Translations under genes and position numbers: made by a program
Shown: positions 1 through 10,100 of the stretch, piece by piece
Layout: every line of letters begins with the position of its first letter
Numbering within the stretch: the first letter of the stretch is position 1
The notes under the pieces: generated by a model
Database searches by the model: none
The model's input: only the letters and a program-made list of their open reading frames with translations
Told to the model about the DNA's origin: nothing
From: Verrucomicrobiota bacterium
GTDB taxonomy: Bacteria; Verrucomicrobiota; Verrucomicrobiia; Limisphaerales; UBA9464
Direction of reading: 5' to 3'
Assembly: GCA_046090125.1 (NCBI GenBank)
Contig: JBJSZF010000520.1
Span: forward strand, 1-43,890
DNA length: 43,890 nt

Positions 1-445
1 TGGTCTCGCGGATGACCTTGGCGAGGCGCGCGACTTGGTTGTCGCTAGTAATGTTCTTGGAATCGCGGATGCCCACACCCTTCCAGGCGGCGAGGACGTC
101 CTTGTTGAGGTACACGCCGGCGATGCACATGGGGCCGAAGAAGTCGCCCTTGCCGGACTCGTCCACGCCGAGGCGGGGATCTAGGCGGGTGGGATCGAGG
201 TCGTCCTCGTAGCCTTGGCGGGCGGAAAGGAGGACCTGGGGCTCGAGGGTGAACTCGACGAACTCCTGGGTGCCCTTGCCTTGGACCACGAGCTTGCCGG
301 ACTGATACCACGTGACGCTGACGTCGGGCTTGACCGCGCAAACGTGGGCATGGGGCACGGAGCGAAGCTGGAACGTCCCATCTCGGACAATCGCCTCCAA
401 GCGCCGCCCTTCCTTTTCTGAAAGCCTGGCCGTGTATGTGGTCAC
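1..445 (-). CDS. rnhC: Ribonuclease HIII, 5' part only (gene runs off the left edge of the window)
   Basis: Absent from the ORF track because there is no stop in the window. My minus-strand translation from GTG at 445-443 reads VTTYTARLSEKEGRRLEAIVRDGTFQLRSVPHAHVCAVKPDVSVTWYQSGKLVVQGKGTQEFVEFTLEPQ...RLGVDESGKGDFFGPMCIAGVYLNKDVLAAWKGVGIRDSKNI. An in-frame TAG lies 4 codons upstream of the GTG. An N-terminal substrate-binding domain followed by the G-x-DESGKGD-F/Y-FGP catalytic motif is characteristic of RNase HIII. Confidence 0.8.
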   Translation of the reverse strand, partial: MTTYTARLSEKEGRRLEAIVRDGTFQLRSVPHAHVCAVKPDVSVTWYQSGKLVVQGKGTQEFVEFTLEPQVLLSARQGYEDDLDPTRLDPRLGVDESGKGDFFGPMCIAGVYLNKDVLAAWKGVGIRDSKNITSDNQVARLAKVIRET

Positions 446-664
446 CGCGCAGCTCTAGCCAATACATGGTCCGTGGGTTGTCGAGGGGGAATTTTCGGCA
501 ATGGGCTCGATCATCCCCTTGGGGGCGGGTGGGTTTCTGGTTGTTGCGACCGGGCAAAGACCCAAGGATGGCGAGGTTGGTGAACGGTCGTTGTCAGGAG
601 GAGTCCCATGGATGGGAGCCGCGTCGATCCTCGTGGTCCCATTTCGGCATGAAGTTGGCTTCCC

Positions 665-3373
665 ATGGAGCCGAAACGGGTTGCCGCAGGCGAACGGGAC
701 GCCTCTGGGCAACGGCCGTGGGGACGGGACATGAATGCAGCAACGTTCGGTGGGGACTTCAAATGGGCCTCGCGCCCATGGGTGGGCTGGTGGGCGGGTA
801 TGGCCTTGGCATTGGCATGGTTGCAGGGGGCGGTTGGGGGCATTCCCCCACGACTCCAGCACGCGATGCCCACAAACCTGCCTCTGGGATCCTGGCGGAT
901 CCAGTCGCTGGGCATCGAAAGCGAGCACGTCATCACGTCGGTGGCGGCACCGCCGGATGGCTCGGGACGATTGATGTACGCCGACCGCGGAGGGACGGTG
1001 CGGTACATCCATCGGGCATCGGGTTCCTCGGGCCTCTTCCTCGACCTGACGTCCAAGGTCGTCGTGGGCGTCGAGTCGGGACTGTGCTCCATGGTCTTCC
1101 ATCCCGGATACGCGACCAACCGGCAGTTCTTCGTTTCCTACCTGGCGCGGATCCCGGGTGCGCCCGGGGCGTACATGCGGCTTTCACGGTTTGAGGCGGA
1201 CCCTGTGGATCCCTTGCGGGTCCTTCCAGACTCTGAGTTGCCGCTGATCAGCCAGTTGCACCGGGGCGACTATCATTTTGCCGGGGACCTGAGGTTCGGC
1301 CCGGACGGCTACCTCTACATGTCGTTGGGTGACGAGGGCTACGCACATCAGTGGGACAATGCCGGGCGCTGGGACCGCAATTTTTTCTCGGCCATCCTGC
1401 GCATGGACCCGGACCAACGCGTGGGTGGTCTTTTGCCCAACGTGCATCCTGCCGTTCACCCGGGCACGTACTTGGTTCCACCCGACAACCCCTTCATCGG
1501 TCGAACCAACTATGTGATCGGCGAGACCGACTTGAACCTGCCGATGCCCTTGGAGTCGTTGCGGACCGAGTTCTGGGCGGTGGGATTTCGCAATCCGTGG
1601 CGCATGTCCTTCCGTCCGGGCACCTCCGAGCTGTATGCCAACGACGTCGGCGTGGGTCAACGCGAGGAAGTCAACCGGGTCGCCCGGGGCGGCCACCACG
1701 GATGGCCTTGGAAGGAGGGCACGCAGCCATGGCCCTTTGACTTCCCGAAGTCGGGCTTGGTCGATCCCATCCTGGAGTACGAGCACAGCGAGGGCCGCGT
1801 GGCGATCACCGCTAGTTGGTTTCATGACGATCCCCGAAACCCCTACCTCCAGGATTGCTACTTGTTCGCGGACTGGTCCGGGCCCATCTACGCGACCCGA
1901 CGCCTGGCCGACGGCCGCCATGCGCCACCGGAACTTCTCGGGTTCCAACCCGGCATTGCCACGATGGCGCAGGACCCTGCGGACGGGGCAGTCATCTTGG
2001 CAGGCAATGGGTTGCACGTCCTCGTGCGGGAAGCGCGTGCCGCCCTCGTCCCACCCACCCTCTCTGCCACCGGGCTCTTTGAGTCCGTCCGGACCCTCCA
2101 GCCCGCACCGGAATTGATCGCCTACGACGTCAACCAGCCGTTTTGGTCCGACCGCGCGATCAAGAGGCGTTGGTTCGTGCTGCCCCTTGGGGAGGAGCGG
2201 GTGCGCTTCGACCCGCAACGGCCGTGGAAGGCACCGCCGGGAACCGCATGGATCAAGCACTTTGACTTCCCCATCCATGACGGCGACCCCGGGCGTCTTC
2301 GCCGACTCGAAACCCGGGTTCTCGTCCGGACCGCGCAGGACGTGTACGGCGTGACCTACCGGTGGAACGACGCGCAGGACGAGGCCCTCTTGGTTCCCGA
2401 GGAGGGACACGAGGAAGACGTGCCGGTGGAGGCAGCGGGCGGGGGCACTCGAAGCCAACGGTGGCGGTATCCCTCCCGGACCGAGTGCCGGACGTGCCAT
2501 TCGGACGTCGGCGGCCCCGCCCTGTCGTTCAACACGGCCCAGATCAATCGGGCGGGCCCCGGCGGCACGAACCAGGTCGAGCGCCTCGCCCGCATGGGTT
2601 GCTTCGAGGGCCAGCCCGATGTCCGTCCCAACCTGCTCCGGGCCCATCCCGCGCTGGACGACGAGGCGGCGTCGCTGGAGCACCGGGTTCGTTCCTACTT
2701 CGAGGTCAACTGTGGATCCTGCCATCAACCAGGCACGGCCAATCGGTCGCCCTGGAACGCCTTCGCCTCCGTTCCCCTCGCCCAGGCAGGCCTCCTCCGA
2801 ACCCAGGCCATCCATGCCAACGGCAGCCTCTACGAGGTCTTCGCCACCAACATCGTCGAGCCCGGATCGCCGTCGGCCTCCGTCCTCTTTCGCCGCGTGA
2901 GCGAGCCCGGCCCCTTGCACATGCCGCCGCTGGGAACCTTCGTCCTCAACACCAACGCCGTCGCGTTGCTCAGCGCATGGATCAACGGCCTCACCAACCG
3001 CCCGGACTATGCCGAATGGGCGCGCCGCCTCATGCCCGACGTCGAGCCCAACGACGCCCTGCCGGGGGCTGACGCCGACGGCGACGGCGACCCCAACGAG
3101 TTCGAGTTCGGGGCGGGGACGAACCCGAACGACCCCACCGACCGCCTGCGTCTGGCCGTGGTACGGTTGTCCGGCGGCGGCCTGGAGGCCCGGTTTCTCC
3201 GCAAGGCCCATCATGAGTATCGCCTCGAGACGGCGCCCGAATGCACCGGCCCTTGGTCGGCCGTTGACCATCCAGAGAATCGCCCACGCCGGCTCGCAAG
3301 GGACGGGCCTGCCGCCGTCCCGTTGCCCCAAGGCGCCGAGGTCTTTGTGCGTCTAACCATCGCGACCCCGTAA
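665..3373 (+). CDS. Secreted PQQ-dependent sugar (glucose/sorbosone) dehydrogenase-like beta-propeller fused to a di-haem cytochrome c region
   Basis: ORF track 902 aa. The N-terminal half has sGDH-family hallmarks (FHPGYATNRQFFVSY, GDLRFGPDGYLYMSLGDEG, FWAVGFRNPWRMSF, GGHHGWPWKEG). The C-terminal half has two CXXCH motifs (CRTCH nt 2486-2500, CGSCH nt 2711-2725) and an Asp-rich DADGDGDPNEFEFGAGTNPNDPTD calcium-binding-type repeat. The in-frame ATG at 731 (MNAATFGG...WWAGMALALAWLQGAVGG) gives a better signal peptide and may be the real start. Confidence 0.85.
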   Translation: MEPKRVAAGERDASGQRPWGRDMNAATFGGDFKWASRPWVGWWAGMALALAWLQGAVGGIPPRLQHAMPTNLPLGSWRIQSLGIESEHVITSVAAPPDGSGRLMYADRGGTVRYIHRASGSSGLFLDLTSKVVVGVESGLCSMVFHPGYATNRQFFVSYLARIPGAPGAYMRLSRFEADPVDPLRVLPDSELPLISQLHRGDYHFAGDLRFGPDGYLYMSLGDEGYAHQWDNAGRWDRNFFSAILRMDPDQRVGGLLPNVHPAVHPGTYLVPPDNPFIGRTNYVIGETDLNLPMPLESLRTEFWAVGFRNPWRMSFRPGTSELYANDVGVGQREEVNRVARGGHHGWPWKEGTQPWPFDFPKSGLVDPILEYEHSEGRVAITASWFHDDPRNPYLQDCYLFADWSGPIYATRRLADGRHAPPELLGFQPGIATMAQDPADGAVILAGNGLHVLVREARAALVPPTLSATGLFESVRTLQPAPELIAYDVNQPFWSDRAIKRRWFVLPLGEERVRFDPQRPWKAPPGTAWIKHFDFPIHDGDPGRLRRLETRVLVRTAQDVYGVTYRWNDAQDEALLVPEEGHEEDVPVEAAGGGTRSQRWRYPSRTECRTCHSDVGGPALSFNTAQINRAGPGGTNQVERLARMGCFEGQPDVRPNLLRAHPALDDEAASLEHRVRSYFEVNCGSCHQPGTANRSPWNAFASVPLAQAGLLRTQAIHANGSLYEVFATNIVEPGSPSASVLFRRVSEPGPLHMPPLGTFVLNTNAVALLSAWINGLTNRPDYAEWARRLMPDVEPNDALPGADADGDGDPNEFEFGAGTNPNDPTDRLRLAVVRLSGGGLEARFLRKAHHEYRLETAPECTGPWSAVDHPENRPRRLARDGPAAVPLPQGAEVFVRLTIATP

Positions 3374-3593
3374 CTCGCCCGGCCCCGCGTCCAAGGGACC
3401 TGCGACGCCAGCTCCCCTGCCGGCCAACCTCGTTGAAGGCCAAGGTGGGGCTTCGTCGTGCGGTCCTGCGGAATCCTCGCCCGCAGAATGGTGTGGGAAC
3501 GTCCCGGGGGAACGGCCATCGTGCGCCGGGCCAATTCGAGATGAACGAGGTCGGGCAACGAGTCGGGGCGAGGATCGCGGGCGCGCGGCTTGC

Positions 3594-5423
3594 ATGGGAG
3601 GGCGGGCGCCGATGATGGAGTTCCTGCGCCGCTTCCTGCCCTACGTGCGGCCCTTTCGCGGCCGCGTGATGCTGGGCATTGCCAGCGGGGTCTTGTTCGC
3701 CGCGACCAACGCCCTGCTCCTGACCGTCGTGCGTCTGGTGGTGGACCTGGTCTTCCCCACGGCCGGCAAGGCCCCGGGCGCCGGGATGACGGATGCCTTG
3801 CCAGGGTTCGTGTCCGCATGGGCCAAGGGTCTTGTGGAGCGCGTTGCCGCCATGGAGCGCCCCGGGGCCATGGTCTGGGGCATCGCCCTGATTCCCGTCG
3901 TGATGTTGCTTCGGGGCCTGTTCGAGTACGTGGGGGCCTACTCCATGAACTGGGCCGCGACCCAGACGATGGCCGCCGTTCAACAGGCCGTGTTCCGGCA
4001 CCTGCACGGGCTCTCCATGGGCTTCTTTGGCACGAGCCGGACCGGCGAGCTGATGTCCCGCATCTCCAACGACCCGCTCGTGCTGCGCCATGCCGTGTCG
4101 CATGGGTTCTCCGTGGCCGTGCGGGACCCCGTCCAGGTGGTGGTGTTGGCCGCGTTGCTGGCCACGCAGCAGCCCCGTCTCATGGCGCTGTCCCTGTCCC
4201 TCCTCCCGGTGTGCGTCGTGCCCGTCGTCGTGTATGGCCGCAAGGTTCGCAAGGCCGCGCAGGCCTCCCAGGCCCACGTCGCCGAGCAGGCCTCCACCAT
4301 GAACGAGAGCTTCTCGGGCCAGCGCGTGGTAAAGGCCTACGGCCTCGAAGGCTTCATGGTCGAGCGGTTCGCCCGCGCCTCCCGCCGCTTCGTCTCCGAG
4401 ACCATGCGGTCGGTGCGCGGCGTCGAGTTGCCCGGCCCCATGATCGAGTTCGCCGGCTCCATCGGCATGGCGGGCGTGTTCGCCTACGTCGCCTTGAACC
4501 CGGCCACGGGCGTCACGGCCGGCGACTTCCTCCAGTTCGTCCTGGGCCTGTTCATGCTCTACAAGCCCATCAAGGAACTCAGCCGACTCCAGGCCCTCCT
4601 CCAACAGGCGCGCGCCGCCAGCCAACGCGTCTTCGACCTCCTCGCCACCCAGCCCGACCTCGTGGACCCACCCCATCCCGTCCCCGTGGATGCACGCGGC
4701 CAGGACATCGTTCTCGACCACGTCACCTTTGCCTACGAGGACCGCCCCGTCCTGCGCGACGTCTCGCTTTCCATACCAGCCGGGAGCTTCGTCGCCGTCG
4801 TCGGCCCCAGCGGCTCCGGCAAGAGCACGCTTGCCGCCTTGCTCCTCCGCCTCCACGACCCCCAGCAGGGAGCCCTCCGCATCGGTGGAACCGACCTCCG
4901 CCACGCCCGCATGGCCGACGTCCGGGCGCAGTTCGCCGTCGTCACGCAGGATCCCGTCCTCTTCTCCGAGTCCATCGCCACCAACATTGGCCTGGGCCGC
5001 CCGGGAGCCTCGCGCGAGGACATCGAGCGCGCCGCGCGCATGGCCAACGCGCACGTCTTCATCATGGAACGTCCCGGCGGCTACGATGCCCCCGTGGGCG
5101 ACCGTGGGTCCGCATTGTCCGGCGGCCAGCGCCAACGCATCGCCATCGCCCGCGCCATCCTCCGCGACGCCCCCGTGCTCGTCCTCGACGAGGCCACCAG
5201 CGCCCTGGACTCCGAATCCGAGAAGGCCGTCCAGGACGCCCTCGAGCGCCTCATGCAGGGCCGCACCACGCTGTGCATTGCCCACCGGCTTTCCACGGTG
5301 CAAAAGGCGGATTCCATCGTGGTCATGGAGGACGGCCGCATCGTCGAGCAAGGCTCCCATCCCGTCCTTGTCGCCCGCGGAGGCCTCTACGCCCGCCTCC
5401 ACCAACTCCAGTCCGGCGCCTAG
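3594..5423 (+). CDS. ABC exporter half-transporter (TMD-NBD), MsbA-like
   Basis: ORF track 609 aa. Membrane domain followed by an NBD with Walker A GPSGSGKST, signature LSGGQRQRIAIAR and Walker B VLVLDEATSALD. The N-terminus MMEFLRRFLPYVRPF is typical of MsbA-type exporters. ATG ATG at 3612/3615 are likelier starts than 3594. Confidence 0.9.
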   Translation: MGGRAPMMEFLRRFLPYVRPFRGRVMLGIASGVLFAATNALLLTVVRLVVDLVFPTAGKAPGAGMTDALPGFVSAWAKGLVERVAAMERPGAMVWGIALIPVVMLLRGLFEYVGAYSMNWAATQTMAAVQQAVFRHLHGLSMGFFGTSRTGELMSRISNDPLVLRHAVSHGFSVAVRDPVQVVVLAALLATQQPRLMALSLSLLPVCVVPVVVYGRKVRKAAQASQAHVAEQASTMNESFSGQRVVKAYGLEGFMVERFARASRRFVSETMRSVRGVELPGPMIEFAGSIGMAGVFAYVALNPATGVTAGDFLQFVLGLFMLYKPIKELSRLQALLQQARAASQRVFDLLATQPDLVDPPHPVPVDARGQDIVLDHVTFAYEDRPVLRDVSLSIPAGSFVAVVGPSGSGKSTLAALLLRLHDPQQGALRIGGTDLRHARMADVRAQFAVVTQDPVLFSESIATNIGLGRPGASREDIERAARMANAHVFIMERPGGYDAPVGDRGSALSGGQRQRIAIARAILRDAPVLVLDEATSALDSESEKAVQDALERLMQGRTTLCIAHRLSTVQKADSIVVMEDGRIVEQGSHPVLVARGGLYARLHQLQSGA

Positions 5424-7132
5424 CCCGGATCCATCCGGACGACGCGGTCCGCAATGGCCAGCGTGTTCTCCCGATGGGCGACCATGAGGATGGTGCGGCG
5501 TCCTCGTTGCGTCCGGAGTGCGTCCAGGACGCGTCGCTCGTTGTCCGCGTCGAGGGCGCTGGTGGGCTCGTCCAGCAACAGGACGCGGGCCTTGCGCGCG
5601 AACGCTCGCGCCAGGTTCAGCCGCTGCTTCTCGCCCACGCTCATCCGGATCGCACCGTCGCCGACGACGGTGTCATACCCCCTTGGCAAGGACCGGATGA
5701 AGTCATGGACGCCCGCGTCCCGCGCCGCCGCCTCCAGCCCCGCGCGATCCGTCCCGGGGCGACCCAGGGCGAGGTTTTCCGCGACGGTTCCCGGCATCAA
5801 CACCGGCTCCTGCGGCACCCAGGCGATCTCGCGCCGAAGCTCGGCCAGGCCCACTCGGCCCAGTGCCACGCCGTCCAGGCGCACCTCGCCGTCGTCGGGG
5901 TCCAAAAAACGCGGCACCATCGCCAGCAACGTGGACTTGCCCGACCCGCTTGGCCCGACAATCGCCACGAATTCCCCCGGCTCGATGCTCCAGCGAACGC
6001 GGTTCAGGACGGGGTGCCCGGGGCGATAGGCGAAGGAGACGTCCACGAACTCCAACCGTCGCCCGGACTCGGCGGGCGGGGGCAGCGACTCTGGACGGGC
6101 GGCCTCGGGCGGGCCCGGGGGCGAGTCGATCAACTCGAGCACCCGCCTCGCGCCCGCGCCGGCGTTGCTGATCGTGGTTCCCACGTGGGCGAGTTGCTGC
6201 AAGGGCTCGTAGAACTGCGCAAGGTACGCGAGGAAGACCAGGAAGGTCCCCGCCGACAATCGCCCCGCTTCCACCTCGCGCGCCCCAAGCCACACCAGTG
6301 CGGCCGCGCCCGCTGCGAAGATCGTCCCCACCGACGCGAGGTAACCCACCTCAAACTGATGCTGCCCGCCCCGGGCCCGGCGCGCGGACGTCGCGTCGGC
6401 GGCAAAGGCCTCGCCCTCGTGCGCCTCGCCTTGGAAGGCCTGCAACACGGGCAGGTGAGCCAACGCCTGCTGGGTCCGCTCGGCCAGGCGCGCGTCGGCC
6501 GCCTGGGCCGCCGTGGCGCGCCCGCCCACGCCCTTGGCAAAGCCGCGCATCACCACCAGCAACGGCGGCACCGTGGCCAGCGCCGCCCCGGTCATCCCGG
6601 GGTGCACGCGCCACATCACCGCCGTCATGGCCACCAACGCCCCCGCCGACGTCAGCAGCGTGAACAACCCTTGGTGGAACAACGTTTGGAAGGCGAAGGC
6701 GTCCCACGTGGACCGGTAGAGAAGGTCGCCCGGCTTGGACTCCAACAGGCGGCGAAGGGACAAGCCCAGCATCCACTTGTGCAGGGCGAGGCGAACACGC
6801 TGGAGCCCGCCCAGCCCGGTTCGCACCAGCACCATGCTCAGGAGGGACCCCAGCAACGCGTGCGCCGCATAGACCGCAAACAAGGCCCCGGCCGCCCGCG
6901 CCACCTCCATGCCGCGGCCCCCATCGCCCCGCGCCCATCCGTCCACCAAGGCCGCCAAGGGCCACGGCTTCGCCAGGCCGGCCGCCGTGGCCAAGGCCGA
7001 CAACAGCAACGCCAGCGCCACGCGCGGGCCATCCCCGCGATAGAATCGAGCCAGTGCCCTCAACGAGTCCACGCGGCCCCAGCGTATCCATCGCCCAACC
7101 TGAGCCAAGGATTCGCGTGGTTGGCATGGCAA
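5420..7132 (-). CDS. ABC exporter half-transporter (TMD-NBD) with a non-canonical signature motif
   Basis: ORF track 570 aa. Walker A GPSGSGKST, Walker B VLLLDEPTSALD, H-loop MVAHR; the signature reads MSVGEKQR instead of LSGGQ. The track start at 7132 is a TTG. The in-frame GTG at 7072 (VDSLRALARFY...) is an alternative start. Confidence 0.85.
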   Translation of the reverse strand: MPCQPRESLAQVGRWIRWGRVDSLRALARFYRGDGPRVALALLLSALATAAGLAKPWPLAALVDGWARGDGGRGMEVARAAGALFAVYAAHALLGSLLSMVLVRTGLGGLQRVRLALHKWMLGLSLRRLLESKPGDLLYRSTWDAFAFQTLFHQGLFTLLTSAGALVAMTAVMWRVHPGMTGAALATVPPLLVVMRGFAKGVGGRATAAQAADARLAERTQQALAHLPVLQAFQGEAHEGEAFAADATSARRARGGQHQFEVGYLASVGTIFAAGAAALVWLGAREVEAGRLSAGTFLVFLAYLAQFYEPLQQLAHVGTTISNAGAGARRVLELIDSPPGPPEAARPESLPPPAESGRRLEFVDVSFAYRPGHPVLNRVRWSIEPGEFVAIVGPSGSGKSTLLAMVPRFLDPDDGEVRLDGVALGRVGLAELRREIAWVPQEPVLMPGTVAENLALGRPGTDRAGLEAAARDAGVHDFIRSLPRGYDTVVGDGAIRMSVGEKQRLNLARAFARKARVLLLDEPTSALDADNERRVLDALRTQRGRRTILMVAHRENTLAIADRVVRMDPG

Positions 7133-7182
7133 CCACGCGGGCTTTGCGTCCCGGAACCACCGCCCTGGCCGTGGCCTCGCCT

Positions 7183-10100
7183 TCAGGGCGACGTGACTTG
7201 GAAGAACCGCGCGGCGGAGCCTGCCGGAATCTCGATTGCCAACCTTCCCGTCGTCAGCCCCGAGGTCAGCCTGTCAAACGCCATGGTCAGCGAGGGGGCA
7301 GACCACACCGAGTACGTCGCCCCGGGAGTCGTCGGCCATGTGACCTCCAGCAGGCCACCAGCGCCCAAGGTCGCCCGCGCCAGCACCGGCACGGGCGTGG
7401 CGTCCAGGGGACGCATGTCGGCCCAGCGCGTGACCAGGAGTTGGTAGCCGCCGGCTCGGGGATCCGCGTTGTCGAACTGGCCCAGGACGCCGTCGATTGT
7501 GACCGGCCCCGTGGGCTTGGATTGCCCCACCACGTCGAGAACCCGGGCGTCGATGCGCAGCACGAACGTGCGCGTGGGATCCGTAGCATCCGTGATCGTC
7601 ACGTTGGATCCTGCCGCAAACGCCGCTCCCGACGAGCCGTCCACGAGCACGTTGCGCGCGCGGATCCGGCGGCCCTCGGCGGCCTCGGCGGCGGCGACCC
7701 CGGGAGACGTCGCCGTCACGCCGCTCGTGCCCGCAGGCCATGCGAAGTCGAGGTCGATGGGCTCGGGCAACGGGACGCCGGCTTCGAGGACTTCGACGAC
7801 GTGCTTGGGGTTGCTGGCGGAAAGGTTGAACTGGAGCAGGCCGTTGAAGTGCGACACCGGCCCCACGATCCGCACGCGGGCCCCGGCCGGCGGCGCCTCG
7901 GCACCCGAGCGGCCCGACACGAAGACGCCAATGCCGGCCGTGGCGTCCTGCGCGTAGAACAACATGTTGGCGGACGTCGTGAGGTTCACGTGCGTGGTGA
8001 CAACGGCCTCCACCTCGAAGAGTTGCGTGGTGTCCACCGGGCGCAGGTGCACGGGGTCCACCGTGGACCGGACGTGCGCGAGGTGGGTGCGAAGGATCTC
8101 GGGCGGCGGAACGGTCACGCGAAGCAAAACCGGGGCGCTGGTGACGGACCCCGCGCGGTTGGAGACGACGACGCGGAACGCGGCCCCGTCGTCGGCAAGC
8201 GTCGTGGTGGCGACGACCCATGCGGCGTTGATGGCGCCCGGCAGGTTCGTCCCGTCGCGTTGCCATTGGTACGTGGGCGCCGGTTGCCCGGTGGCCGTGA
8301 CGGTGAACGTGGCGGGAGCGCCGGCCGGAACCGTTGCGGGCAAGGGCCCGGCAACGATCGCCGGCGCCTGGTCGTTGGACGGTTGCGGCTCCAACCAAGC
8401 TAGCCCCGAGGGCTGGGTACCGGGTGTCCCGTGGGACCCGGCGACCGAGCGCGAGGGCGCAAAGCCGTCGGCGTCCGTGGGGAACCGCGCCATGGACCCG
8501 TTGGTGCTGGTCTGGGCCTGGGAATACACGACGCGCGCGACCACGTTTGACTGGGCGTTGCGCAGGATGATCGCATCCCCGCCGTCGTTCAGAGCGAGGC
8601 CGGCGGTGCTGAAGGGATCCCCGGGCCCCACCTCGGCGGCCAACGCGGGCACCGCAAGCTGCGGCGCGTACCCAAACGCCGGCCCGCCGTACACGACGAT
8701 CGCGTTCGATGGCGCCACCATGTTGGCGGCCGAGCCCGGGTAGATGTACGCGCGGCGCAGCAACGAGTCCGAGACCATCCAGCCCGTCATGTCGATGGGC
8801 TCCGACGAAAGGTTCACGACCTCGATGTACTCGTCGCGATTGGACGGGCTGGTGTCGGTGCCGCCGGGCAAGGGCTCCACGCGCTTGAGCAGGTTGAACC
8901 ACGGCAGGGCGTTGGTGGACGCCGGGTTGGCCATGTACTCGGTGATGACCACCCGTTGCTCGGCCGCGGTGGGCACGTAGATGCGCACGCGCTGCGTGAA
9001 CGAGGCCGACCCATTGTCGGCGCGCACCTCGACGTCGTGCGCCTTGCCGGCGTCGGCCGACGTCGCCTCGAAATGGTAGAAGCCCACGACGTTCGTTCCT
9101 TGCCGGACCGGGAAGTCCCAGCGGCCCGAGGCCGGGACGTTCGCGCCCAACGTCACGGTCACCGGGCGCCCCTCCGGATCCTCGACGTCGAAGCGAACCG
9201 CGATGGCCTCGCCGGGCCGCAGCGCATGGTCCGGGAAGGTGTTCGTCAGGGCGTCCCCGGGCCGCACGAGGCGCGAGAGCACGTTGGTGAAGCGGATGGA
9301 CGGGGCCTTGAACGCGCTGGCGATGTCGGCAAAGCGGCTCGGGATGAACTGGTACCCGGAGGTGAATGGAGCCGACGAATCAAACTGCCCCAGGACGCCC
9401 ACCACCGTGGAGGTGCCCACCGGGATGACCTTCCCGACCAGGTCCGTGCCGGCGTTCGCATACAGCGGGAACGTTTGGCCCGCCGAATCCGTCATGGCGA
9501 TGCCAGCCGAGATCGAGGTGAAGACGCCCCCCGTGGCGACGGGATCGATCACGACGTCGCGAGCCACCACAAGGCTCCCCTCCAACGCCTCCAGCGCGGC
9601 GGCGTCCGTGGTGAACGGCAACGGCAACGGCGTCGGCAACGGCTGGTTCGTGGCGACGACCGTCACCACGTGCGCCGGGTTCGACTCGACGGGCGCCATC
9701 TCCAGCAGTCCGCGGAAGTGGGTGACGGGAGCCTTAACCCGGACGCGCGCGCCGGCCGGAGGCAGGGGCCGCCCGCCAGATTGGCCACCCGCCCAAAACA
9801 CGGCCATGCCCGCCGTGTCATCCTGCAGGTAGAACAAGTAGTTCGCGGTGCCCGAGGTCAGGTTGGCGTGGGTGGTGACCACGCCCTCGACCGTGAAGAG
9901 GCTTGTGGTGTCCAAGGGCGCTCCCTGCGCGGGATCCTGCGCCGCACGCAACGAGGCCACCGTCACGACGCGATTCGAGGGATCCTCCACCACGGCCAGC
10001 GTCGCCGGGTCGCTGGTGACGGTCCCATGGGCGTTGCGGACGACCACGCGGTAGCGGCCGCCGTCGGACGCCTGGACGTTGCCCAGGCTCAGCACGGGGC

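Noticed and set aside
3455-3535. Possible third, partial copy of the structured repeat upstream of the MsbA-like gene (shares tgggaacg and ggggaacggcc-like strings with the minus-strand reading of the repeat).
   Set aside because: Only short, scattered matches. None of the four exact blocks and none of the conserved stems is present.
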